NCBI RefSeq assembly: GCF_029227855.1
Contig: NZ_CP074356.1
Reading direction: 5' to 3' (one strand)
DNA: 64,000 nucleotides
Source of the DNA: Escherichia coli
GTDB taxonomy: Bacteria; Pseudomonadota; Gammaproteobacteria; Enterobacterales; Enterobacteriaceae
Of this stretch, positions 23,328 through 34,127 are shown piece after piece. The notes under the pieces were generated by a model. The model searched no databases and was not told the DNA's origin. It was given only the letters and a program-made list of their open reading frames with translations. The position numbers and the translations under genes were made by a program. The first letter of the stretch is position 1; each line of letters begins with the position of its first letter.

Positions 23328-25373
23328 ATGCAGCAGTTAGCCAGTTTCTTATCCGGTACCTGGCAGTCTGGCCGGGGCCGTAGCCGTTTGATTCACCACG
23401 CCATTAGCGGCGAGGCGTTATGGGAAGTGACCAGTGAAGGTCTTGATATGGCGGCTGCCCGCCAGTTTGCCATTGAAAAAGGTGCCCCCGCCCTCCGCGC
23501 TATGACCTTTATCGAACGTGCGGCGATGCTTAAAGCGGTCGCTAAACATCTGCTGAGTGAAAAAGAGCGTTTCTATGCTCTTTCTGCACAAACAGGCGCA
23601 ACGCGGGCAGACAGTTGGGTTGATATTGAAGGTGGCATTGGGACGTTATTTACATACGCCAGCCTCGGTAGCCGGGAGCTGCCTGACGATACGCTGTGGC
23701 CGGAAGATGAATTGATCCCCTTATCGAAAGAAGGTGGATTTGCCGCGCGCCATGTACTGACCTCAAAGTCAGGCGTGGCAGTGCATATTAACGCCTTTAA
23801 CTTCCCCTGCTGGGGAATGCTGGAAAAGCTGGCACCAACGTGGCTGGGCGGAATGCCAGCCATCATCAAACCTGCCACCGCGACTGCCCAACTGACTCAG
23901 GCGATGGTGAAATCAATTGTCGATAGTGGTCTTGTTCCCGAAGGCGCAATTAGTCTGATCTGCGGTAGTGCGGGCGACCTTTTGGATCATCTGGACAGCC
24001 AGGATGTGGTGACTTTCACGGGGTCCGCGACGACCGGACAGATGCTGCGAGTTCAGCCAAATATCGTTGCCAAATCTATCCCCTTCACTATGGAAGCTGA
24101 TTCCCTGAACTGCTGCGTACTGGGCGAAGATGTCACCCCAGATCAACCGGAGTTTGCGCTGTTTATTCGTGAAGTTGTGCGTGAGATGACCACAAAAGCC
24201 GGGCAAAAATGTACGGCAATCCGGCGGATTATTGTGCCGCAAGTATTGGTTAATGCTGTCAGTGACGCTCTGGTTGCGCGATTACAGAAAGTCGTGGTCG
24301 GTGATCCTGCGCAGGAAGGCGTGAAAATGGGCGCACTGGTAAATGCTGAGCAGCGTGCCGATGTGCAGGAAAAAGTGAACACATTGCTGGCTGCAGGATG
24401 CGAGATTCGCCTCGGTGGTCAGGCGGATTTATCTGCTGCGGGTGCCTTCTTCCCGCCAACCTTATTGTACTGTCCGCAGCCGGATGAAACACCGGCGGTA
24501 CATGCAACAGAAGCCTTTGGCCCTGTCGCAACGCTAATGCCAGCACAAAACCAACAACATGCTCTGCAACTGGCTTGTTCAGGCGGCGGTAGCCTTGCGG
24601 GAACGCTGGTGACGGCTGATCCGCAAATAGCGCGTCAGTTTATTGCCGACGCGGCACGTACGCATGGGCGAATTCAGATCCTCAATGAAGAATCGGCAAA
24701 AGAATCCACCGGGCATGGCTCCCCACTGCCACAACTGGTACATGGTGGGCCTGGTCGCGCAGGAGGCGGTGAAGAATTAGGTGGTTTACGGACGGTGAAA
24801 CATTACATGCAGCGAACCGCTGTTCAGGGTAGTCCGACGATGCTTGCCGCTATCAGTAAACAGTGGGTGCGTGGTGCGAAAGTCGAAGAAGATCGTATTC
24901 ATCCGTTCCGCAAATATTTTGAGGAGCTGCAACCAGGCGACAGCCTGTTGACTCCCCGCCGCACAATGACAGAGGCCGATATTGTGAACTTTGCTTGCCT
25001 CAGCGGCGATCATTTCTATGCACATATGGATAAGATTGCTGCTGCCGAATCTATTTTTGGTGAGCGTGTAGTACATGGGTATTTTGTGCTTTCTGCGGCT
25101 GCGGGTCTGTTTGTCGATGCCGGAGTTGGTCCGGTCATTGCTAACTACGGGCTGGAAAACTTGCGTTTTATCGAACCCGTAAAACCAGGCGATACCATCC
25201 AGGTGCGTCTCACCTGTAAGCGCAAGACGCTGAAAAAACAGCGTAGCGCAGAAGAAAAACCAACAGGTGTAGTGGAATGGTCGGTAGAGGTATTCAATCA
25301 GCATCAAACCCCGGTGGCGCTGTATTCAATTCTGACGCTGGTGGCCAGGCAGCACGGTGATTTTGTCGATTAA
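23328..25373 (+). CDS. paaZ: Bifunctional oxepin-CoA hydrolase / aldehyde dehydrogenase
   Basis: 681-aa ORF with N-terminal ALDH domain and C-terminal MaoC-like hydratase domain. Confidence 0.9.
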   Translation: MQQLASFLSGTWQSGRGRSRLIHHAISGEALWEVTSEGLDMAAARQFAIEKGAPALRAMTFIERAAMLKAVAKHLLSEKERFYALSAQTGATRADSWVDIEGGIGTLFTYASLGSRELPDDTLWPEDELIPLSKEGGFAARHVLTSKSGVAVHINAFNFPCWGMLEKLAPTWLGGMPAIIKPATATAQLTQAMVKSIVDSGLVPEGAISLICGSAGDLLDHLDSQDVVTFTGSATTGQMLRVQPNIVAKSIPFTMEADSLNCCVLGEDVTPDQPEFALFIREVVREMTTKAGQKCTAIRRIIVPQVLVNAVSDALVARLQKVVVGDPAQEGVKMGALVNAEQRADVQEKVNTLLAAGCEIRLGGQADLSAAGAFFPPTLLYCPQPDETPAVHATEAFGPVATLMPAQNQQHALQLACSGGGSLAGTLVTADPQIARQFIADAARTHGRIQILNEESAKESTGHGSPLPQLVHGGPGRAGGGEELGGLRTVKHYMQRTAVQGSPTMLAAISKQWVRGAKVEEDRIHPFRKYFEELQPGDSLLTPRRTMTEADIVNFACLSGDHFYAHMDKIAAAESIFGERVVHGYFVLSAAAGLFVDAGVGPVIANYGLENLRFIEPVKPGDTIQVRLTCKRKTLKKQRSAEEKPTGVVEWSVEVFNQHQTPVALYSILTLVARQHGDFVD

Positions 25374-25385
25374 TCGGTCAATGAA

Positions 25386-25415
25386 GGGCAACGGCGAATA
25401 GTTGCCCTTTTATTT
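25386..25415 (+). terminator. Rho-independent terminator after paaZ
   Basis: gggcaac-ggcgaatag-ttgccc followed by ttttattt. Confidence 0.6.
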
Positions 25416-25620
25416 CACCAAATTTTGTGACGTTGTCACATTATGCATGATGTGTATCTGTATTTTCAGGGCACTCACTGTATGAAAAGCTGGCACACCT
25501 GCCAAACAACCTGGCAGGTGCAGGCAATCCCCTTTACATCAGTACTGATAATGTGAACCTGACTAAACCGCCCACAGAGCGCGGTTGCTAACAAGAACAC
25601 AACATCTGACGAGGTTAATA

Positions 25621-27894
25621 ATGGGAAGCCCCTCTCTGTATTCTGCCCGTAAAACAGCCCTGGCGTTGGCAGTCGCCTTAAGTTTCGCCTGGCAAGCGCC
25701 GGTATTTGCCCACGGTGGTGAAGCGCATATGGTGCCAATGGATAAAACGCTTAAAGAATTTGGTGCCGATGTGCAGTGGGACGACTACGCCCAGATCTTT
25801 ACCCTGATTAAAGATGGCGCGTACGTGAAAGTGAAGCCTGGTGCGCAAACAGCAATTGTTAATGGTCAGCCTCTGGCACTGCAAGTCCCGGTAGTGATGA
25901 AAGACAATAAAGCCTGGGTTTCTGACACCTTTATTAACGATGTTTTCCAGTCCGGGCTGGATCAAACCTTTCAGGTAGAAAAGCGCCCTCACCCACTTAA
26001 TGCGCTAACTGCGGACGAAATTAAACAGGCCGTTGAAATTGTTAAAGCTTCCGCGGACTTCAAACCCAATACCCGTTTTACTGAGATCTCCCTGCTACCG
26101 CCAGATAAAGAAGCTGTCTGGGCGTTTGCGCTCGAAAACAAACCAGTTGACCAGCCGCGCAAAGCCGACGTCATTATGCTCGACGGCAAACATATCATCG
26201 AAGCGGTGGTGGATCTGCAAAACAACAAACTGCTCTCCTGGCAACCCATTAAAGACGCCCACGGTATGGTGTTGCTGGATGATTTCGCCAGTGTGCAGAA
26301 CATTATTAACAACAGTGAAGAATTTGCCGCTGCCGTGAAGAAGCGCGGTATTACTGATGCGAAGAAAGTGATTACCACGCCGCTGACCGTAGGTTATTTC
26401 GATGGTAAAGATGGCCTGAAACAAGATGCCCGGTTGCTCAAAGTCATCAGCTATCTTGATGTTGGTGATGGCAACTACTGGGCACATCCCATCGAAAACC
26501 TGGTGGCGGTCGTTGACTTAGAACAGAAAAAAATCGTTAAGATTGAAGAAGGTCCGGTAGTTCCGGTGCCAATGACCGCACGCCCATTTGATGGCCGTGA
26601 CCGCATTGCTCCGGCAGTTAAACCTATGCAAATCATCGAGCCTGAAGGTAAAAATTACACCATTACTGGCGATATGATTCACTGGCGTAACTGGGATTTT
26701 CACCTCAGCATGAACTCTCGCGTCGGGCCGATGATCTCCACCGTGACTTATAACGACAATGGCACCAAACGCAAAGTCATGTACGAAGGTTCTCTCGGCG
26801 GCATGATTGTGCCTTACGGTGATCCTGATATTGGCTGGTACTTTAAAGCGTATCTGGACTCTGGTGACTACGGTATGGGCACGCTAACCTCACCAATTGC
26901 TCGTGGTAAAGATGCACCGTCTAACGCAGTGCTCCTTAATGAAACCATCGCCGACTACACTGGCGTGCCGATTGAGATCCCTCGCGCTATCGCGGTATTT
27001 GAACGTTATGCCGGGCTGGAGTATAAGCATCAGGAAATGGGCCAGCCCAACGTCAGTACCGAACGCCGGGAGTTGGTGGTGCGCTGGATCAGTACAGTGG
27101 GTAACTATGACTACATTTTTGACTGGATCTTCCATGAAAACGGCACTATTGGCATTGATGCCGGTGCTACGGGCATCGAAGCGGTGAAAGGTGTTAAAGC
27201 GAAAACCATGCACGATGAGACGGCGAAAGATGACACGCGCTACGGCACGCTTATCGATCACAATATCGTGGGTACTACACACCAACATATTTATAATTTC
27301 CGCCTCGATCTGGATGTAGATGGCGAAAATAACAGCCTGGTGGCGATGGATCCGGTGGTAAAACCGAATACTGCCGGTGGCCCACGCACCAGTACCATGC
27401 AAGTTAATCAGTACAACATCGGCAATGAACAGGATGCCGCGCAGAAGTTTGATCCGGGCACGATTCGTCTGTTGAGTAACCCGAACAAAGAGAACCGCAT
27501 GGGCAATCCGGTTTCCTATCAAATTATTCCTTATGCAGGTGGTACTCACCCGGTAGCAAAAGGTGCCCAGTTCGCCCCGGACGAGTGGATCTATCATCGT
27601 TTAAGCTTTATGGACAAGCAACTTTGGGTAACGCGTTACCATCCTGGCGAGCGTTTCCCTGAAGGCAAATACCCGAACCGTTCCACTCATGACACCGGTC
27701 TTGGACAATACAGTAAGGATAACGAGTCGCTGAACAACACCGACGCCGTTGTCTGGATGACCACCGGCACCACACATGTGGCCCGTGCCGAAGAGTGGCC
27801 GATTATGCCGACCGAATGGGTACATACTCTGCTTAAACCATGGAACTTCTTTGACGAAACGCCAACGCTAGGGGCGATAAAGAAAGATAAGTGA
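25621..27894 (+). CDS. tynA: Periplasmic copper/topaquinone primary amine oxidase
   Basis: 757 aa from MGSPSLYSARKTALALAVALSFAWQAPVFA (signal peptide); copper amine oxidase fold. Confidence 0.92.
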   Translation: MGSPSLYSARKTALALAVALSFAWQAPVFAHGGEAHMVPMDKTLKEFGADVQWDDYAQIFTLIKDGAYVKVKPGAQTAIVNGQPLALQVPVVMKDNKAWVSDTFINDVFQSGLDQTFQVEKRPHPLNALTADEIKQAVEIVKASADFKPNTRFTEISLLPPDKEAVWAFALENKPVDQPRKADVIMLDGKHIIEAVVDLQNNKLLSWQPIKDAHGMVLLDDFASVQNIINNSEEFAAAVKKRGITDAKKVITTPLTVGYFDGKDGLKQDARLLKVISYLDVGDGNYWAHPIENLVAVVDLEQKKIVKIEEGPVVPVPMTARPFDGRDRIAPAVKPMQIIEPEGKNYTITGDMIHWRNWDFHLSMNSRVGPMISTVTYNDNGTKRKVMYEGSLGGMIVPYGDPDIGWYFKAYLDSGDYGMGTLTSPIARGKDAPSNAVLLNETIADYTGVPIEIPRAIAVFERYAGLEYKHQEMGQPNVSTERRELVVRWISTVGNYDYIFDWIFHENGTIGIDAGATGIEAVKGVKAKTMHDETAKDDTRYGTLIDHNIVGTTHQHIYNFRLDLDVDGENNSLVAMDPVVKPNTAGGPRTSTMQVNQYNIGNEQDAAQKFDPGTIRLLSNPNKENRMGNPVSYQIIPYAGGTHPVAKGAQFAPDEWIYHRLSFMDKQLWVTRYHPGERFPEGKYPNRSTHDTGLGQYSKDNESLNNTDAVVWMTTGTTHVARAEEWPIMPTEWVHTLLKPWNFFDETPTLGAIKKDK

Positions 27895-27905
27895 TTGTTT
27901 CAGAC

Positions 27906-27935
27906 TAAAAAAACGGCACCAGGTGCCGTTTTTTA
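27906..27935. terminator. Bidirectional rho-independent terminator between convergent tynA and feaB
   Basis: aaaaaaa-cggcacc-a-ggtgccg-tttttt: perfect hairpin flanked by A-run and T-run. Confidence 0.75.
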
Positions 27936-27952
27936 CTTATGCGCGAATCAGA

Positions 27953-29452
27953 TTAATACCGTACACACACCGATTTAGTTTCACACCAACCGTCCAGCCA
28001 GTCCGGGCCAAAATCACGGCCTGTTCCTGACTGCTTCATCCCACCAAACGGTAAGTTAGCGTCAATTAAGGTATGACTGTTTACCCACACCGTACCAGCC
28101 TGTAAGCGATCGCTATATTCCAGAGCCCGGGAGAGATTTTGCGTCCAGACGCTGGCAGTTAAGCCATATTCCGTGTCGTTTGCCAGTTGTAACGCCTCTT
28201 CTCCGTCTGCTACTCGCACCAGGTTAACCACCGGACCAAACACCTCTTCACGAGTTAAGCGCAATTTAGCATCGGGATTTACCACCAGCGTTGGCGCAAC
28301 ATAATACCCCTCTCCGGCTGGTCCATTCGACCCGCGAATCAGCTCTGCTTGCTGTGCCTGCGCATCGTCAAGGAATGAACGCACTTTGTCGCAGTGCGCA
28401 CGAGAAACCAAAGGGTTAATCTGTGCAACAGGTGACATCCCCGGTCCCACTTGCAACGATTTTACCGCCTGCTCAAATCCACTAACCATCGTGTCAAACA
28501 ACGGCGCTTCAATATAAATTCGCGAACTGGCGGCGCATACTTGTCCCTGATTCAGGAAGCTTCCGGTCATCAAGCCTTCAATAACCCATTGCGGATCAGC
28601 ATCTTTTAATACAATTGCCGGGTTTTTACCGCCCAGTTCCAGCGTTACACGCGTTAAGCGATCAGCAGCAGTTCTGGCAATACCTTTTCCCGTCGCGGTT
28701 GAACCGGTAAAACTGATTTTCGCAACATGAGGATGTGACGTCAGGGCCGCGCCGCATACAGCACCGGCCCCGGTGACGACATTAAAAACGCCATCAGGGA
28801 TACCAGCCTCGCTGGCCAGTTCCGCCACGCGCAACATCGTCAGTGGCGTGGTTTCCGAAGGCTTAATCACGATTGAACAGCCTGCTGCCAGTGCTGGCAT
28901 CACCTTCCACATGCCAATCATCAACGGAAAGTTCCATGGCACAATTCCCGCTACCACGCCAACCGGCTCTTTACGCGTCCAGGCCTGATAACGCGCCCCC
29001 TGGGGTAAGGGAATCGACAAGTCCAGCGTTTTACCCGCGATTTTGGTCGTTAACCCGGCGGTATAACGCATCCAGTTCAGCGTACAGCCAACTTCAAAAG
29101 CACGGGAAATGGCAATTGACTTGCCTTGCTCCAGGGTTTCCAGTTGCGCCAGCTCCTCACTGTGCAGCTCAACCAGATCGGCAAAACGTAGCAGGATACG
29201 TTCACGCTCTGCAGGTAATCGCCCGGCCCAGCGACGCGAGACGAAGGCGCGCCATGCAGACATGACTGCGTTATCTACATCCGCTTCGTTGGCATCAGCA
29301 GTTGACGCAATTTCTTGCCCGGTTGCTGGATCAAAGATCGCTAACCGTTTTTCACTTTGTGCGGGGCCAGGACGACCATCAATATAAAGACCGTGTTGAC
29401 GATCGAGAAACTGTTGGACCTGGCTTAATACTGCTACATGCGGCTCTGTCAT
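27953..29452 (-). CDS. feaB: Phenylacetaldehyde dehydrogenase
   Basis: 499-aa aldehyde dehydrogenase (catalytic Cys region [10 protein letters not shown]; LELGGKNP). Confidence 0.92.
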   Translation of the reverse strand: MTEPHVAVLSQVQQFLDRQHGLYIDGRPGPAQSEKRLAIFDPATGQEIASTADANEADVDNAVMSAWRAFVSRRWAGRLPAERERILLRFADLVELHSEELAQLETLEQGKSIAISRAFEVGCTLNWMRYTAGLTTKIAGKTLDLSIPLPQGARYQAWTRKEPVGVVAGIVPWNFPLMIGMWKVMPALAAGCSIVIKPSETTPLTMLRVAELASEAGIPDGVFNVVTGAGAVCGAALTSHPHVAKISFTGSTATGKGIARTAADRLTRVTLELGGKNPAIVLKDADPQWVIEGLMTGSFLNQGQVCAASSRIYIEAPLFDTMVSGFEQAVKSLQVGPGMSPVAQINPLVSRAHCDKVRSFLDDAQAQQAELIRGSNGPAGEGYYVAPTLVVNPDAKLRLTREEVFGPVVNLVRVADGEEALQLANDTEYGLTASVWTQNLSRALEYSDRLQAGTVWVNSHTLIDANLPFGGMKQSGTGRDFGPDWLDGWCETKSVCVRY

Positions 29453-29504
29453 CACTTTTCCTTATTATTTACCCAGTGTGATTTCAGTGTACGCAGCGAC
29501 AAGA

Positions 29505-29600
29505 AAAGTCACTTTTTTCGCTGTGACATTCGCTTTGTCAGCTGTGACAAGCTCCGCAAATCGTGACAATAACCGCTTATGTCTCTATGCCTGACAAGAC
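29505..29600. promoter_or_regulatory. Cluster of TGACA-N8-AAA-like direct repeats in the feaB / feaR divergent region (candidate FeaR sites)
   Basis: Repeated gTGACAa / cTGACAa elements at about 29521, 29541, 29561, 29590, several followed 8 nt later by AAA. Confidence 0.4.
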
Positions 29601-29687
29601 TTATTTCCTATAGTCAGGCTCATTAGCTTCGTTTATTGCAACACAAATGCAACAATAAAAATACATTTCACAGAGCGAAAACGTGCC

Positions 29688-30593
29688 ATGAACCCCGCAG
29701 TGGATAATGAGTTTCAGCAATGGCTTTCCCAAATCAATCAGGTATGCGGAAATTTTACCGGACGCCTGCTGACTGAGCGTTACACGGGTGTACTGGATAC
29801 GCATTTTGCCAAAGGACTAAAGCTGAGTACCGTGACAACCAACGGGGTGAATTTATCCCGCACCTGGCAGGAAATAAAAGGCAGCGACGATGCCTGGTTT
29901 TACACCGTTTTTCAGCTTAGTGGTCAGGCAATAATGGAGCAGGATGAGCGTCAGGTGCAGATTGGCGCTGGCGATATTACGTTACTCGATGCCTCACGCC
30001 CCTGTTCGCTTTACTGGCAGGAGTCTTCTAAACAGATTTCATTACTTTTACCACGCACTCTGCTGGAACAATATTTTCCCCATCAAAAACCTGTCTGCGC
30101 AGAAAGACTGGACGCTGACTTACCCATGGTGCAACTCAGTCATCGCCTGTTACAGGAGAGCATGAATAATCCGGCACTTTCTGAAACAGAAAGTGAAGCT
30201 GCGCTACAGGCGATGGTGTGTCTGCTTCGCCCAGTACTTCATCAGCGGGAATCTGTCCAACCTCGCCGTGAACGTCAGTTTCAAAAAGTGGTTACGTTGA
30301 TAGACGATAATATTCGCGAAGAGATATTACGCCCGGAGTGGATAGCCGGAGAGACAGGTATGTCAGTACGTAGTTTGTACCGAATGTTTGCCGATAAAGG
30401 TTTGGTGGTCGCGCAATATATTCGTAACCGTCGTCTCGATTTTTGTGCTGATGCGATTCGCCATGCCGCAGATGATGAAAAACTGGCAGGTATTGGCTTT
30501 CATTGGGGATTTTCCGATCAGAGTCATTTTTCAACGGTATTTAAGCAACGCTTTGGGATGACGCCAGGCGAGTATCGACGTAAATTCCGCTAA
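29688..30593 (+). CDS. feaR: AraC-family transcriptional activator of tynA and feaB
   Basis: 301-aa ORF with C-terminal AraC-type HTH. Confidence 0.9.
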   Translation: MNPAVDNEFQQWLSQINQVCGNFTGRLLTERYTGVLDTHFAKGLKLSTVTTNGVNLSRTWQEIKGSDDAWFYTVFQLSGQAIMEQDERQVQIGAGDITLLDASRPCSLYWQESSKQISLLLPRTLLEQYFPHQKPVCAERLDADLPMVQLSHRLLQESMNNPALSETESEAALQAMVCLLRPVLHQRESVQPRRERQFQKVVTLIDDNIREEILRPEWIAGETGMSVRSLYRMFADKGLVVAQYIRNRRLDFCADAIRHAADDEKLAGIGFHWGFSDQSHFSTVFKQRFGMTPGEYRRKFR

Positions 30594-30628
30594 CTAATTC
30601 GCGTTGCATGTACAGCAACGCGAATTAG
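30594..30628. other. 14-bp perfect inverted repeat directly after the feaR stop codon
   Basis: ctaattcgcgttgc-atgtaca-gcaacgcgaattag; no clear U-tract on either side. Confidence 0.5.
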
Positions 30629-30764
30629 TTAAAACAGATATTTGACTATGCATTTTTCAGGGCGAAAGGCAATTTGACAGGAATTTTTGAATATTCACCT
30701 TGTTTCCGGAAAATAGAATAATCGCCTTCTCCTGTAGCGTTATCCCGATATTGCGGTTTTGCTA

Positions 30765-31091
30765 TTAAAATTTTCGCACCCATTTACCGTTTATCCCTTG
30801 TACATATTCCCCCGGTTTAGCCCGAGCTACGAGCTTTTGCCCGGCGAGTTTCGCGATATCATCTACCGAGACATTATTTTGCTTTGCCAGTTGTTGGTAA
30901 CTCGCTTTACGTTCGGCATTAATGTCGTTTACTAATTTCTCTGTTTCAGCATCTGTTTTCAGCGCAACCAGATAACCATAAAATGTTTCCCCTACCCGCC
31001 CCTGAGTTCTGGCTTCATCCAGAGTCAATGCCATTACATTGCTGCTTACAAGCCCAACAAGAAACGCACAAAGAAGTAATGTTTTCTTCAT
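30765..31091 (-). CDS. ydbL: Periplasmic protein YdbL
   Basis: 108 aa from MKKTLLLCAFLVGLVSSNVMA (signal peptide); the track ORF is N-terminally extended. Confidence 0.85.
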   Translation of the reverse strand: MKKTLLLCAFLVGLVSSNVMALTLDEARTQGRVGETFYGYLVALKTDAETEKLVNDINAERKASYQQLAKQNNVSVDDIAKLAGQKLVARAKPGEYVQGINGKWVRKF

Positions 31092-31098
31092 CATCGCC

Positions 31099-31284
31099 TC
31101 AGAAAAGATCGCTACGAGTCTCAAGCAGCTCTTCGACATCTTTGTCTGCCTTGATGATGATCTCATGCTCAATTTTAACGTTCATATTGATAGTGATCGG
31201 TTCCTTAGGTGCAGCGACTTCAATGCGAGGCGTACAGCCAACCAGCATAAAAGATGACGTCAACGCAGCCAGTAAAATTTTCAT
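31099..31284 (-). CDS. ynbE: Small lipoprotein YnbE
   Basis: 61-aa ORF with lipobox MLVGC; start overlaps ydbH stop. Confidence 0.85.
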   Translation of the reverse strand: MKILLAALTSSFMLVGCTPRIEVAAPKEPITINMNVKIEHEIIIKADKDVEELLETRSDLF

Positions 31285-33920
31285 TGTTTTTCCTCACACT
31301 CTTTTCCTTGCGGACAGTCATTTCCCGGCAGACGTGCGTTCTGCTCCAACCATGCCTGGAGATTATCGCCAAAGCGTAAACTGCGCCACAGCGTAAAAAT
31401 ATTCTCTTCATGATGGTAATTAAGGTTTACCGTACCGCTTTTACCATCAACGCGACTGGTACCTGTAATGTTGGCCTGCATGGTTAATAAACCGAGATTA
31501 TCTAAATTAATATTTGTCGATGAACGGCTAATTTCCATATAGCGCAACCAGTTAATTGCTGAACCCGCAGTCATATTGTCTTTCACCACCGCATCTGCGG
31601 TGTCTTTATCCAGCCGCAAGGTCATTGGCCCGCTATTTGCCAGCCAGCCATCTTTCACTATCCATTTTTCGTTGTTTAGCCATAACGGCAATGCACCACT
31701 AAATGCCCCGGACATGGCGAATTGTTTCGGATTGACGGCGCTAACCAGTTCGCTGGATGAGAGATTATTCAGCCGCAACAGCGCCGGGTCATGTTGCGGC
31801 ATACGTAATTGTTTCATCAGCACGTTACCGCCTAACACATCGACGCTAACATCAGTCAACAACAATGGTTCTTCTTCTGTCCACGGATAGCGCCCTTGCA
31901 AATCAGCCGTAATATTTTTCGCTGTCACCAGATTAATCACTTCGGCAATTCGCAACGTAACGGGGCCGCGAGTCCCCAGATGCCAGGCTCCATCGGCAAA
32001 ACGGAAAGGCAGGACAAAATCGACACCGTTAACCTGATTATCTGGCATCCAGGCACTACCGCCTTTCAACACACCGTGCCCTCCCGCGCGGAATCCTTGT
32101 TCAGGCGCAGCAGAAAATGCGACCTGAGCATACAGTTCGCCATCGCGTAAGTTCATCTTCCAGTCGGGTGGCACCAGCGGCTGGAATACGGTCAGTGATT
32201 GTTTAGGCCACCAGGCGTTACCGCGCAGGCGAATACCGTCCCAGCGACCATTTACCCGAACCGGGCCAATCTCACCAGCATGTAAATCGCCTTTAAAGAG
32301 GAAATACGTCGGATCGCGCCCATCGACGCTAAATTTTAAGGTTGATGGCGGTAACACACTGCCGCCAGTGAACAGTGTTTGCCCGGCGTCCAGTGACAGC
32401 GCGCCGCTGAAGGAGGGATGCTGTGCGTCACGTCCCCAGACGACGGGCTTGTCGAGAATTAATCGCGGCTTTTCTACCGTCATCGTACCGTATTGTAACT
32501 GGTCGAAACCGGTGGAGAGATCGGTCAGCGTAATCGTGCTGTCATGCCACTCACCCTTTCCTGCGACATCCCAGGTGGCATTCATCGGTGTAAAACTGCC
32601 TTTTCCCCAGTAGCGCCACTGCCAGCGGCCAGCGTCAGGGAGAAAATCATTCGCCAGTCCATCCATATGCAGCACGAAATCGCCCAGTTCATTTTCATGC
32701 GCCTGCAAAATGGCCTGCAAACGTCCGTCAACACCACGTTGGGTGACTTTTACACCCGCTAAAGGCCAGCGGATTTCATCGATGTCCAGCGAATCGATGA
32801 CTCTTCCCTTCGAACGTAATAACGCACCTGGCTCAAAGGCCAACGTTGGGTCAGTCAGACTTCCGCTTAGCTGCGCAGGTAAACGGGCATATAAAATGAG
32901 GTCCGCCTGTTTCGCTTCACCGGTCAGTTGCAGAGGCAGCTGGCTGTTATCCATGCTTAATTTTCCTGGGCCAAAATTAAGCACCGCGTTGCCCTTACCC
33001 GCTTGCCCCTGGGTCAGCACACTCAGTCGTCCGCTGACCAGAGCGTTCTCAAGCCCTGCCTGCCAGTTGTCGACTTTAACACCCAGTCGGCCACTCAAAG
33101 GAAAACCTGCATACGGCCAGCTCCAGCGACCATCGCTTACGGTCAATTGTTGGCGAGTAATTTGCCACGGCAAATCGAGCAACGGATCGCCGTTATCCCG
33201 TGCCAGCACAATCAATTGCCCGCTATTTTCCTGCCAGTCCAGCTCGGCATCCACCAGTGAAGGCTCCTGCGGCAAGTTTAACGTCGCAGTAGCATGACCA
33301 CTTACAGGAAGTCCATCCGGCACGAGCGGCATAGTAAATTCCCCCACCAGTTTTACCGGTGGCTGATTTTCAAACGCGGCGACATCCAGTTCGCTGACTG
33401 TAAGTTGTTGCCCTTTAAGCTGGCCTTGAAATTTAACTTTTTCGCCCTGATAACGCAGTTGCTGGATATCAGAGGTTAACGCGAGAGAGAGTTTTCCCTG
33501 CCACTCCTGCCAGGGAGAAAAAATCAGTTTATCGATATTGATCCAGGTGTTAGGCAACATGGCCTGCCACTGCGCGAGGGTTTTTGGAGCGGCAGGCGAT
33601 TGCTCCGTCTGCGGCAATTTCGCCAGACAAGCAGAATCAAGTTCTACCGTGCCGACGTTCAATAACCAGCGGCTCGGATGTGAAAGGCTGGCGTTGGTGA
33701 TATGCGCAAGCTGACAATCTCCCACCAGATAACGGAGATCGGGAATGATTAAACCTTTACGCGTAATACGTGGGCTTTCATCTAATGCAATACGTGTCCC
33801 GAGCGGTAGCCAGATGCCCGCCAGCGTGGGAACCCACAAGCCGAGCGTCATCAGCAGCGTCAACGGCACAAGAATAATCAGTAATAACAGCGCGAGAACG
33901 GCTTTATATTTACCCAGCAT
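31281..33920 (-). CDS. ydbH: AsmA-like large envelope protein YdbH
   Basis: 879-aa ORF with N-terminal membrane anchor (MLGKYKAVLALLLLIILVPLTLLMTLGLWVP). Confidence 0.88.
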   Translation of the reverse strand: MLGKYKAVLALLLLIILVPLTLLMTLGLWVPTLAGIWLPLGTRIALDESPRITRKGLIIPDLRYLVGDCQLAHITNASLSHPSRWLLNVGTVELDSACLAKLPQTEQSPAAPKTLAQWQAMLPNTWINIDKLIFSPWQEWQGKLSLALTSDIQQLRYQGEKVKFQGQLKGQQLTVSELDVAAFENQPPVKLVGEFTMPLVPDGLPVSGHATATLNLPQEPSLVDAELDWQENSGQLIVLARDNGDPLLDLPWQITRQQLTVSDGRWSWPYAGFPLSGRLGVKVDNWQAGLENALVSGRLSVLTQGQAGKGNAVLNFGPGKLSMDNSQLPLQLTGEAKQADLILYARLPAQLSGSLTDPTLAFEPGALLRSKGRVIDSLDIDEIRWPLAGVKVTQRGVDGRLQAILQAHENELGDFVLHMDGLANDFLPDAGRWQWRYWGKGSFTPMNATWDVAGKGEWHDSTITLTDLSTGFDQLQYGTMTVEKPRLILDKPVVWGRDAQHPSFSGALSLDAGQTLFTGGSVLPPSTLKFSVDGRDPTYFLFKGDLHAGEIGPVRVNGRWDGIRLRGNAWWPKQSLTVFQPLVPPDWKMNLRDGELYAQVAFSAAPEQGFRAGGHGVLKGGSAWMPDNQVNGVDFVLPFRFADGAWHLGTRGPVTLRIAEVINLVTAKNITADLQGRYPWTEEEPLLLTDVSVDVLGGNVLMKQLRMPQHDPALLRLNNLSSSELVSAVNPKQFAMSGAFSGALPLWLNNEKWIVKDGWLANSGPMTLRLDKDTADAVVKDNMTAGSAINWLRYMEISRSSTNINLDNLGLLTMQANITGTSRVDGKSGTVNLNYHHEENIFTLWRSLRFGDNLQAWLEQNARLPGNDCPQGKECEEKQ

Positions 33921-34127
33921 GGGTAGTTAATATCCTGATTTAGCGAAAAATTAAGCATTCAATACGGGTATTGTGGCATGTTTAACCGTTCAGTTGAAGG
34001 TTGCGCCTACACTAAGCATAGTTGTTGATGAATTTTTCAATATCGCCATAGCTTTCAATTATATTTGAAATTTTGTAAAATATTTTTAGTAGCTTAAATG
34101 TGATTCAACATCACTGGAGAAAGTCTT

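Noticed and set aside
25426-25440. CRP-like dyad TGTGAcgttgTCACA upstream of tynA
   Set aside because: Half-site spacing is N5, not the N6 required for CRP; kept only as a candidate FeaR-type element
26890-27597. 235-aa minus-strand ORF
   Set aside because: Antisense to tynA; shadow ORF
32710-33297. 195-aa plus-strand ORF
   Set aside because: Antisense to ydbH; shadow ORF
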